Shown here in pieces: positions 38,293-46,114 of a DNA stretch of 64,000 nt; the first letter of the stretch is position 1, and every line of letters begins with the position of its first letter. A program made the position numbers and the translations under genes. The DNA comes from Acidobacteriota bacterium. Its GTDB lineage: Bacteria; Acidobacteriota; Vicinamibacteria; Vicinamibacterales; UBA2999. The DNA is taken from contig JANLWW010000032.1 of NCBI GenBank assembly GCA_031364805.1, forward strand, positions 30,372-94,371, in the 5' to 3' direction. The notes under the pieces were generated by a model. It saw nothing but the letters and a program-made list of their open reading frames with translations, searched no databases and was not told the origin of the DNA.

Positions 38293-40756
38293 AGTCGGGC
38301 GGCTGTTGGGTGCGGTTGCGTTGGTGGTTGGGATGACGGTGCTGACGGCGCCGGTGTTGCTGGCCGCACAGCCAGAGTCTGCGGCCGATGCCGCGCACCA
38401 TCGACCGGGCGGCGAGGTCAACATCCAGCTGCCCGATCTCAATCAGGGCGACTTCCTCGGCATGACCGGCCACCAGATCCTGCTGTCGGGCCTGGTGGTC
38501 TGCGTGCTCGGCCTGCTTTTCGGCCTCTGGACCTACACGGCGGTGAAGAACCTGCCGGTCCACAAGTCGATGGCTGATGTCTCGGCGCTCATCTATGAGA
38601 CCTGCAAGGCTTACCTGATTCAGCAGGGCAAGTTCCTGTTGATTCTCGAGTTGTTCATCGGCGCCGTGATGGTGGCGTATTTCACGCTCACCGGTCTCGA
38701 GCCTGGGCGCATCGCGATCGTCATCATCTTCAGCTTGATCGGCATCGGCGGCAGCTACGGCGTGGCGTGGTACGGCATCCGCATCAACACGCTGGCCAAC
38801 TCGCGCACCGCGTTTGCCAGCCTGCAGGGCAAGGCGTTCCCGGTGTGCGACATCCCGCTGCGTTCGGGCATGAGCGTCGGCATGATGCTGATCTCGGTCG
38901 AGCTGCTGTTCATGCTCGCCATCCTGCTGTTCGTTCCGGGTGAATATGCCGGCGTCTGCTTCCTCGGCTTCGCCATCGGCGAGTCGCTCGGGGCGGCAGC
39001 GTTGCGCATCGCTGGCGGCATCTTCACCAAGATTGCCGACATCGGTTCGGACCTGATGAAGGTTGTCTTCCAGATCAAGGAAGACGATCCTCGCAACCCC
39101 GGTGTGATCGCCGACTGCACCGGCGACAACGCCGGCGACTCCGTGGGACCGACCGCCGACGGCTTCGAGACCTACGGCGTCACCGGTGTTGCGCTGATCA
39201 CCTTCATCATGCTCGCGGTCAAGGACCCGTCGGCGCAGGTCCAGCTGCTGGTGTGGATCTTCATGATGCGCGTAATGATGGTGCTCGCCTCGGCCGGCTC
39301 TTACCTCGTCAACAACGCGGTGGCCACGAGCAAGTACGCCAACGTCGAGAAGATGAACTTCGAGGCGCCGCTGACCTCGCTGGTGTGGCTGACCTCCATC
39401 TTTTCAGTTGTGCTGACCTACGTGCTGTCGTACCTGCTGATTCCGAACCTTGGCGGCAACAGCGACCTGTGGTGGCAATTGTCGTCGGTGATCACCTGCG
39501 GCACGCTCGCGGGAGCCATCATTCCCGAATTCGTGAAGGTCTTCACCTCGACGCATTCGGCGCACGTCAAGGAAGTGGTCACCTCGTCGCGTGAGGGCGG
39601 CGCCTCGCTCAATATCCTGTCGGGCCTGGTGGCCGGCAACTTCAGCGGTTACTGGCTGGGCCTGACAATCATGGGGCTGATGACGGTGGCCTACCTGGTG
39701 TCGTCGCTGGACCTGACCTCGACCATGATCAACGGCGAGCTGATGATGGTGGCGCCGGCAATCTTCGCGTTCGGCCTGGTTGCCTTCGGCTTCCTCGGCA
39801 TGGGTCCCGTGACCATCGCGGTCGACTCGTATGGCCCGGTCACCGACAATGCGCAGTCGGTCTACGAACTCTCGCAGATCGAAGAGATTCCCGGCATCGA
39901 GCAGGAGCTGCAGAAGCAGTACGGCTTCAAGGTCAACTTCAAGGTGGCCAAGGAACTGCTGGAAGAAAACGACGGCGCCGGCAACACGTTCAAGGCGACC
40001 GCCAAGCCGGTGCTGATCGGCACCGCGGTGGTTGGCGCCACCACGATGATCTTCGCGATCATCATGGCGCTGACGGGCGGCCTCACCGACCAGATCGCGA
40101 TCAGCAAGCTGTCGATCCTGCACCCGCCCTTCCTGCTGGGCCTGATCACGGGCGGCGCGGTGATCTACTGGTTTACCGGCGCCTCGATGCAGGCGGTGAC
40201 CACCGGCGCCTACCGCGCGGTGGAGTTCATCAAGGCCAACATCAAGCTCGATGGCGCGGTCAAGGCCTCGGTTGAGGACAGCAAGAAAGTCGTCGAGATC
40301 TGCACCGTCTACGCGCAGAAGGGCATGTTCAACATCTTCCTGGGCGTGTTCTTCTCGACCCTGGCGTTTGCGTTCGTTGAGCCGTTTTTCTTCATCGGCT
40401 ATTTGATCTCGATCGCGCTGTTCGGCCTCTACCAGGCAATCTTCATGGCCAACGCCGGCGGTGCGTGGGACAACGCGAAGAAGATTGTTGAGACGGAACT
40501 GAAGATGAAGGGGACGCCGCTCCACGACGCTTCGATCGTGGGCGATACCGTCGGCGATCCGTTCAAGGACACCTCATCGGTGGCGATGAACCCAGTGATC
40601 AAGTTCACGACGCTGTTCGGCCTGCTCGCGGTCGAGCTTGGCGTTTACCTCGGTACCGGCGCCACACTTACGCTCGCGCTGTCGGCGGTGTTTTTCGTCG
40701 TCAGCATGTATTTTGTTCACCGCTCGTTCTACGGGATGCGGATCGAGTCGAACTAA
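38270..40756 (+). CDS. hppA: Membrane-integral ion-pumping pyrophosphatase, K+-independent signature
   Basis: GGIFTKIADIGSDL, EDDPRNPGVIADCTGDNAGD, DSYGPVTDNA, GNTFKATAK, GGAWDNAKK, GDTVGDPFKDT. Confidence 0.93.
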   Translation: MVMRLLDKVGRLLGAVALVVGMTVLTAPVLLAAQPESAADAAHHRPGGEVNIQLPDLNQGDFLGMTGHQILLSGLVVCVLGLLFGLWTYTAVKNLPVHKSMADVSALIYETCKAYLIQQGKFLLILELFIGAVMVAYFTLTGLEPGRIAIVIIFSLIGIGGSYGVAWYGIRINTLANSRTAFASLQGKAFPVCDIPLRSGMSVGMMLISVELLFMLAILLFVPGEYAGVCFLGFAIGESLGAAALRIAGGIFTKIADIGSDLMKVVFQIKEDDPRNPGVIADCTGDNAGDSVGPTADGFETYGVTGVALITFIMLAVKDPSAQVQLLVWIFMMRVMMVLASAGSYLVNNAVATSKYANVEKMNFEAPLTSLVWLTSIFSVVLTYVLSYLLIPNLGGNSDLWWQLSSVITCGTLAGAIIPEFVKVFTSTHSAHVKEVVTSSREGGASLNILSGLVAGNFSGYWLGLTIMGLMTVAYLVSSLDLTSTMINGELMMVAPAIFAFGLVAFGFLGMGPVTIAVDSYGPVTDNAQSVYELSQIEEIPGIEQELQKQYGFKVNFKVAKELLEENDGAGNTFKATAKPVLIGTAVVGATTMIFAIIMALTGGLTDQIAISKLSILHPPFLLGLITGGAVIYWFTGASMQAVTTGAYRAVEFIKANIKLDGAVKASVEDSKKVVEICTVYAQKGMFNIFLGVFFSTLAFAFVEPFFFIGYLISIALFGLYQAIFMANAGGAWDNAKKIVETELKMKGTPLHDASIVGDTVGDPFKDTSSVAMNPVIKFTTLFGLLAVELGVYLGTGATLTLALSAVFFVVSMYFVHRSFYGMRIESN

Positions 40757-40757
40757 T

Positions 40758-40836
40758 GTGCCCGGGTGCTGCGGTGCTGTAGTGCTGGTGTGCTTTCGAG
40801 CCACAGCCACTTCAGCCCGCCAGCACCTCAGCGCTT
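40758..40836. repeat. Imperfect palindromic element of GTGCT-nnn octamers and CAGCAC-like units
   Basis: gtgcccgg gtgctgcg gtgctgta gtgctggt gtgct ... cagcccgc cagcacct cagcgctt. Confidence 0.6.
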
Positions 40837-41106
40837 TGTAATTGTTGGTAATCATGCGGAATTTACATGGTTTCCACCCCCTGCAGCCGTTGACGCGGGG
40901 ATCCGAGCGCGACTAGAATCGCCGGGCATTGCGCGAGAGAGGGGTCAGACCCTACTGGTTTAGTGCTGCAGGGTCTGGCCCCCTCCGTGTTTTTAATGGG
41001 CTCTCTGCGTTTTTCAGGGAGCCGATGCCGGGAACCGGTGTCTAATTACGACAGCGGCCAGTAACTGGGTCAGAGACTAGGTCAGTAATAAAGTTGCTGT
41101 CCGGCG

Positions 41107-41135
41107 TTGACAGCGGTTTTCAGCGCGGGGATAAT
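41107..41135 (+). promoter_or_regulatory. Sigma70-like promoter of the tonB operon
   Basis: TTGACA-N17-GATAAT; AGGAGG SD before GTG 41215. Confidence 0.65.
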
Positions 41136-41214
41136 CGGCGCTCTTTTGGCGCCGTTGGGTTTTGTGCCGGGACAAGCCGATTAGGCTGTCCCGCATCTGG
41201 GAGCAGGAGGAACA

Positions 41215-41928
41215 GTGCCACGCGACATGTTTGGTGATGTCGTCGATCCGTCCATCAAGATGGGCAACAAGATGTGGTACACCGTGCCACTCACCATGTT
41301 GATCCAGGCGGCCGTCGTTGCGGCGTTGGTGATCGTGCCGTTGATGGCGACCGGCTTCATGCCGACGCCACCGTCGATGATGGCATTTGTGGCCGCGCCG
41401 CCGCCTCCGCCTCCGCCACCGCCACCACCGCCGCCACCCGAGGCGAAGGCACCACCACCGCCCATGGACGTGAGCCCCGACGCGGCTCCGCTCGAGGCGC
41501 CGAAAGAAATCAAGGCGGAAACCGGTCTCGAAGCCGGCTTTGAGCGCACCTCGGGTGTCGAAGGCGGCATCATCGGCGGCGTCGCCGGTGGCATCACCGG
41601 CGGCATTCCGGAACCGCCGCCGCCTCCTCCGCCACCTGCCGCGCCGGTGCGCGTGGGCGGCAACATCAAGCCGCCGCAGAAGACCCGCGACGTGCGCCCG
41701 GTCTACCCGCCGATTGCGCAGTCCGCGCGCGTGCAGGGCATCGTGATCATCGAGGCCACGATTGGCCCCGATGGCGCGGTGAAGGATGCCAAGGTGCTGC
41801 GCTCGATCCCGTTGCTGGATCAGGCGGCGCTCGAAGCGGTGCGGCAGTGGGTATTCACACCGACCTTGCTCAACGGCGTGCCGGTGCCGGTCATCATGAC
41901 GGTGACAGTGCAGTTCACGCTGCAGTAG
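41215..41928 (+). CDS. tonB: TonB-family energy transducer
   Basis: TM segment, polyproline tracts, PVYPPIAQSARVQG.V.IEA.I..DG.V, A..AVRQW.F.P. Confidence 0.9.
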   Translation: MPRDMFGDVVDPSIKMGNKMWYTVPLTMLIQAAVVAALVIVPLMATGFMPTPPSMMAFVAAPPPPPPPPPPPPPPEAKAPPPPMDVSPDAAPLEAPKEIKAETGLEAGFERTSGVEGGIIGGVAGGITGGIPEPPPPPPPPAAPVRVGGNIKPPQKTRDVRPVYPPIAQSARVQGIVIIEATIGPDGAVKDAKVLRSIPLLDQAALEAVRQWVFTPTLLNGVPVPVIMTVTVQFTLQ

Positions 41929-41933
41929 AGGTG

Positions 41934-41968
41934 CACCTTCGCGCCCACGGGCGCTTCGGTGGACAGGC
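41934..41968 (+). repeat. REP-like element CCTTCGC...GCTTCGGyGGACAGGC (copy 1)
   Basis: Similar copies at 43971-44009 and 45981-46023. Confidence 0.6.
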
Positions 41969-42041
41969 TGGAACCTGGATCGGGCCGGGCTGCAGCGAAG
42001 GTCTTCAAACGTAGTAAGCCGTTTTTTTCTGGAGGATAGCG

Positions 42042-42809
42042 ATGGAAGGTCGGAAGATTCAGTTTGGTCGTATCGCTGGTGCCGGTTTCGCCATGCTGCT
42101 CATGAGCACCCCTGCCTTCGCGCAGGAAGGCGGCGGCATCGATCTCGTCGACATGTTCGGCCAGATGGGCGCCGCGGCCATGGCCGTCGCCGTGATTCTG
42201 TTCGTCATGTCGTTCTGGTCGGTGGGCGTCGCGATTGAACGCATTTATACGTTCAACCAGGCGACCAAGCAGTCGAAGATGTATGCCCCCCTCGTCGCCA
42301 AGCACCTCAAGGAAGGCCGGCTGAAGGAAGCCATCGCCCTGTCGTCGGCGAAGGAATACCGTTACAGCCACCTCGCCAAAGTCGTGCTCGCCGGCCTGCA
42401 GGAATATCAGTTCCAGCAGGAAAGCGGCGCCAACCTGTCGCGTGAAGACTTGCTCGACACCGTCCGCCGCTCGATTCAGCGCGCTACCGCGCTGACCTCG
42501 AACGACCTCAAGAAGGGCGTCTCCGGCCTGGCCACCATCGGCGCGACCGCGCCGTTCGTGGGTCTGCTCGGCACGGTTATCGGCGTTATCAACGCGTTCG
42601 TCGGTATCGCTTCGTCGGGTTCGGGCGGCATCGGTGCCGTCTCGGCCGGTATCGCAGAAGCGCTCGTCGAAACTGCGCTTGGCCTGTTCGTGGCCATCCC
42701 GGCGGTGTGGTTCTACAACTACCTGTCAGGCAAGCTCGAGTTCTTCAACGTCGAAATGGACAACTCGTCGTCGGAGATGGTCGACTACTTCATCAAGAAG
42801 ACGGCCTAG
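42042..42809 (+). CDS. exbB: MotA/TolQ/ExbB proton channel
   Basis: LATIGATAPFVGLLGTV.G, GIAEALVETALGL.VAIPA. Confidence 0.9.
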   Translation: MEGRKIQFGRIAGAGFAMLLMSTPAFAQEGGGIDLVDMFGQMGAAAMAVAVILFVMSFWSVGVAIERIYTFNQATKQSKMYAPLVAKHLKEGRLKEAIALSSAKEYRYSHLAKVVLAGLQEYQFQQESGANLSREDLLDTVRRSIQRATALTSNDLKKGVSGLATIGATAPFVGLLGTVIGVINAFVGIASSGSGGIGAVSAGIAEALVETALGLFVAIPAVWFYNYLSGKLEFFNVEMDNSSSEMVDYFIKKTA

Positions 42810-42821
42810 TTGGTTTCTGGT

Positions 42822-42886
42822 GGTCCTGAGGGCTTGAGGTCTTGACGGTAATTCAAGACCCCAAGTCCCAAGTCCCCAAGCCCTGA
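42822..42886. repeat. Palindromic GGTCCTGAGGGC...CCCCAAGCCCTGA element
   Basis: Same termini as 32792-32871; stem GGGCTTGAGGTCTTGA/TCAAGACCCCAAGTCCC. Confidence 0.7.
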
Positions 42887-42905
42887 GCTTCAAGGAGTAA
42901 TTGCT

Positions 42906-43346
42906 ATGTCAATGGATGTCGGCGGTTCCAAAGGTGGAATCAAATCGGACATCAACGTCACGCCCCTCGTGGACGTCATGCTGGTGCTGCTCATCATCAT
43001 GATGATCGTGGCCCCGCTGCTCCAGAAGGGCGCCGACGTGAAACTGCCGCTCGCCGCGAACACCGCGGACAAGCCGGAAACGCAGGACCAGACCGTTGTC
43101 GCCATCGACAAACAGGACCGGTACTTCGTGAATGGCCTGCCGGTGCGCAAGGAAGATCTGCGGCAGAAGGTCGAAGAGGTCCTTGAGGACAAGAAGGAAC
43201 GCATCATCCTGATCAAGGCCGATGTTGATGCGCGTTACTCCGCCGTCATGGACTGCATGGACGAACTGCGAGCCAGCGGCATCGAGGATATGGGCTTGAT
43301 TACCGACCCCAAGGCCCGCGGCCTGCTTCAGGGCGGAGGAAACTAA
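42906..43346 (+). CDS. exbD: ExbD/TolR protein 1
   Basis: DINVTPLVDVMLVLLIIMM, IKAD...Y..VM..MD. Confidence 0.9.
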   Translation: MSMDVGGSKGGIKSDINVTPLVDVMLVLLIIMMIVAPLLQKGADVKLPLAANTADKPETQDQTVVAIDKQDRYFVNGLPVRKEDLRQKVEEVLEDKKERIILIKADVDARYSAVMDCMDELRASGIEDMGLITDPKARGLLQGGGN

Positions 43347-43347
43347 C

Positions 43348-43824
43348 ATGGCCCACGCACATCAGCACCTCGGTGCCGACCGCATCGTTACCGCCAAGAA
43401 GCTCGAAGTCAATGGCGACATGAACATCACGCCGATGATCGACGTGCTGCTCGTGCTCCTGGTGATCTTCATGGCCGCCCTGCCGCTTTCGCAGAAGGGC
43501 CTCGACGTCAACCTCCCGGCCGAAACCAAGACCGCCGAGCAGACGCAGGTCGATGTCTCGCAGATTGTGATTGAGTACACTGCCGACCGGAAGCTGTCGG
43601 TCAACAAGCAAGACGTCACTGTTGCCGAACTCGAAGATTCGCTCCGCAAGATCTACGAGGAACGCAAGGACAAGACCCTGTTCATTGCCGCCGACGGCGG
43701 CCTGCGCTACGGGGACATCGTCGAAGTGATCGACGCCGCCAAGGGCGCGGGCGTTGAAAAGGTTGGCATCATCACCGAAGGCATGCGCCGCGCAGCCGCC
43801 GGTGCCCGCTCCGGCGGCAACTAA
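43348..43824 (+). CDS. exbD: ExbD/TolR protein 2
   Basis: MNITPMIDVLLVLLVIFM, AD..LRYG..V.VID.AKGAG. Confidence 0.9.
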   Translation: MAHAHQHLGADRIVTAKKLEVNGDMNITPMIDVLLVLLVIFMAALPLSQKGLDVNLPAETKTAEQTQVDVSQIVIEYTADRKLSVNKQDVTVAELEDSLRKIYEERKDKTLFIAADGGLRYGDIVEVIDAAKGAGVEKVGIITEGMRRAAAGARSGGN

Positions 43825-43845
43825 GAAAGCCGCCGCAATCGTTTG

Positions 43846-43876
43846 AAAAAGCCGTCTGACAACAGACGGCTTTTTT
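43846..43876. terminator. Bidirectional intrinsic terminator
   Basis: AAAAA-GCCGTCTG-ACAA-CAGACGGC-TTTTTT. Confidence 0.85.
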
Positions 43877-44197
43877 CTTGTACGGAGGCGGCCAGAGGCG
43901 CGGCCTTCGGCCACGTGAGGCGCCTTTGGCGTGGGGCTCGGCCCTCACGGCCCTCGTAGGGCCCCTCGCTTCCACCTCCGCGCCCTCGGCGATTTTCGGC
44001 GGACAAGCCGCTCGTCGTCGGGATCGATTACCTGCGCTCGCCCCTTGGGGCCACGGTTCGATCGCGGTTTGGTCCACCACTTACGACGCTTGTGGAACCC
44101 CACGAGCGACTGGAGGAGCGAGCCCCACGATGCGCGAAGCGTCGAGCCCCACGCCGAGCGTCAGCGAGGCGCCTCCCGGGGCGCGTCCCACCCCGTC

Positions 44198-45967
44198 CTA
44201 GTGGCTCGGCGGCGGCACCAGCCCGAGCTCCTTGAGTTCCGTCATCCCCTTGTCAGCCTTCTTCCACACCTGCCGCAGCTCGCCGTAAGCACCCATGGCG
44301 CGCGGCATGTCCTTGACGGCCATCGACGCGCGGCCGAGGCCCAGCAGCGACAGGGCGCGGCGCGGATTCCGCTTCAGCGAGGTCTCGAAGGCTGCAATCG
44401 CCTCGCGGGGGCGACGGAGATCCATCAGCATCTCGCCCACCAGCTCGTGTGCCGGTTTCACGGGCACCGGCGGGCCGAACTCAAACGACAAGCTCTCTTC
44501 GACCACCGCGGCCTGGCGCGCCAGCACAAGGGCCTCCTCGCGACGGCCTTCAGAGAACAACAGGACCGCCTCCAACTGCTGGGCCATCACCTGTGCGGCC
44601 CGCTTGTCGCCGGCTGCCCCGGCAGACGGCAGCACGGTGACGGGCTGTCCCGTAGTATGAGAATCGACCAAAGGCGAGATACCGGCCTTGGTCGACCCGA
44701 CCACCGGCTTGCCTGCCGTCGGTCCGGCCGGCTTGCCCGCAGCCGCCGGTCCGGGTCTGACGACTCCTGCGGAGGGGGGAGATTCTTCCATCAGGACAGC
44801 CATTTGCTGCAGTGCATTGCCGCCCGCCAAACGGTTGCCAGAGCGAATTGCGGCAAAGCCGATGGCGAACAGGTCGGCGATGGCGGCATCCACCTCCGCT
44901 CCCGCTACGGCGGACAAGTCGGCAGTTCCGCCCTTTGCGAAGACCGGGGTCTTCGCTTCACCCCACTTGCGCGATTCGATCAGCCAGGTCGCGCGAGCCA
45001 GGGCAAGATGACTGCGGGTATGAACCGACCCGCTCGTCCTGGCGTCGGCTTCCATCTGCGAAAGTAGCGCCCGTGACTCTTCAAAGCGCCCCTGCTGCGC
45101 GTAACTGTAGACCAGCCACAACATGGCGTGAAAGCCGCGCGCGTCAACGTCGAGCTTCCGCTCGTCGCGGCGCGCATCGCCCGCCTTCACGGACCGCTCG
45201 TTGATGGCCGAGGCCTCGTCCCACATCCCAAGCGCGAAGTAGATGTGCGAGGGCATGTGCAGCGCATGCGACGCTGCGGGCGCAATCTTCGCGTAGGCAT
45301 CGGCGAAGCGCAGGCCGAGCGGCGCGTGAACCGGGTCGTCGTATGAGTGAATCAGGTAGTGTGCGGCGCCAGGATGCTGCGGATTCTTTGCGAACACCGG
45401 TTCGACCAGCGCGGCGGCCGCCATGTAGATCGAGAAATCCCGCCCACCGTGGCTGGTGCCAATCAGCGCGAGCGCATAGAACGCCGTGACCTCATCGTCG
45501 GCTGGATACTTCTCGTGCATGCGGCGCAGGTGCTCGGCATAGGCGCGATCGCGGGCGAGCTTGTCGCCGGTGCCGTACAAATTGTCGAGCGACGCGAGCC
45601 ATTCTTTCTCCTTGGCGGTTGGTGCCTTGGCCAGGCGAGCTGCCGCCGTCGGCGCGAGACGCGCCAGCGCCGCCTTGGCGAGGTCGGGGGACACCTGTTG
45701 CCACACGGTGTGGTTGTAGGTCATCGCCTCGCCCCAGTACGCCATGGCGAAGCCGGGGTCGGCTTTCTGTGCCTCGAGAAAAGACTCCCTCGCATCGTCG
45801 TACTCGAAGCTGTGCATCAGCAACACGCCCTTGAGAAACGCCGGCTGCGCGGCCGCTGACCCCGAGGTCGGGAAGTCGATCTTGCCCAGCTCGTCCTGAG
45901 CCCGCAGTGGGCCAGTGGACGCGGCAATCATCAAAGCGGCCACGCAGAGGGCGGTGCGTCGGGTCAT
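44198..45967 (-). CDS. Secreted TPR-rich protein
   Basis: Signal peptide; F.TSGS..AQ..F..G..L.HSF.Y, AMAYWG.A, HPGAAHYLIH.YD, HALHMPSHIY; start at ATG 45967. Confidence 0.85.
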   Translation of the reverse strand: MTRRTALCVAALMIAASTGPLRAQDELGKIDFPTSGSAAAQPAFLKGVLLMHSFEYDDARESFLEAQKADPGFAMAYWGEAMTYNHTVWQQVSPDLAKAALARLAPTAAARLAKAPTAKEKEWLASLDNLYGTGDKLARDRAYAEHLRRMHEKYPADDEVTAFYALALIGTSHGGRDFSIYMAAAALVEPVFAKNPQHPGAAHYLIHSYDDPVHAPLGLRFADAYAKIAPAASHALHMPSHIYFALGMWDEASAINERSVKAGDARRDERKLDVDARGFHAMLWLVYSYAQQGRFEESRALLSQMEADARTSGSVHTRSHLALARATWLIESRKWGEAKTPVFAKGGTADLSAVAGAEVDAAIADLFAIGFAAIRSGNRLAGGNALQQMAVLMEESPPSAGVVRPGPAAAGKPAGPTAGKPVVGSTKAGISPLVDSHTTGQPVTVLPSAGAAGDKRAAQVMAQQLEAVLLFSEGRREEALVLARQAAVVEESLSFEFGPPVPVKPAHELVGEMLMDLRRPREAIAAFETSLKRNPRRALSLLGLGRASMAVKDMPRAMGAYGELRQVWKKADKGMTELKELGLVPPPSH

Positions 45968-45980
45968 GGTTGAAATATAT

Positions 45981-46023
45981 CCGCCTTCGCTCCTGGCAGC
46001 CAAAGGAGCTTCGGCGGACAGGC
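45981..46023 (+). repeat. REP-like element (copy 3)
   Basis: CCGCCTTCGCTCCT...AGGAGCTTCGGCGGACAGGC. Confidence 0.6.
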
Positions 46024-46031
46024 CGTACAAG

Positions 46032-46062
46032 AAAAAGGGGCGAGTCCGAAGACCCGCCCCTT
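46032..46062 (-). terminator. Intrinsic terminator after the TonB-dependent transporter
   Basis: GGGGCGGGTC-TTCG-GACTCGCCCC-TTTTT on the minus strand. Confidence 0.85.
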
Positions 46063-46114
46063 GCCGAGCGTTTAACGCCGTAAGTCCCCGGCCTCAAGCC
46101 TGGGCTTGTGACGC

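Noticed and set aside
41400-41460. CCG-rich tandem tract
   Set aside because: Ordinary TonB polyproline coding sequence.
44050-44070. GGTTCGA as part of a tRNA
   Set aside because: No cloverleaf (acceptor, D or anticodon arms) could be built.
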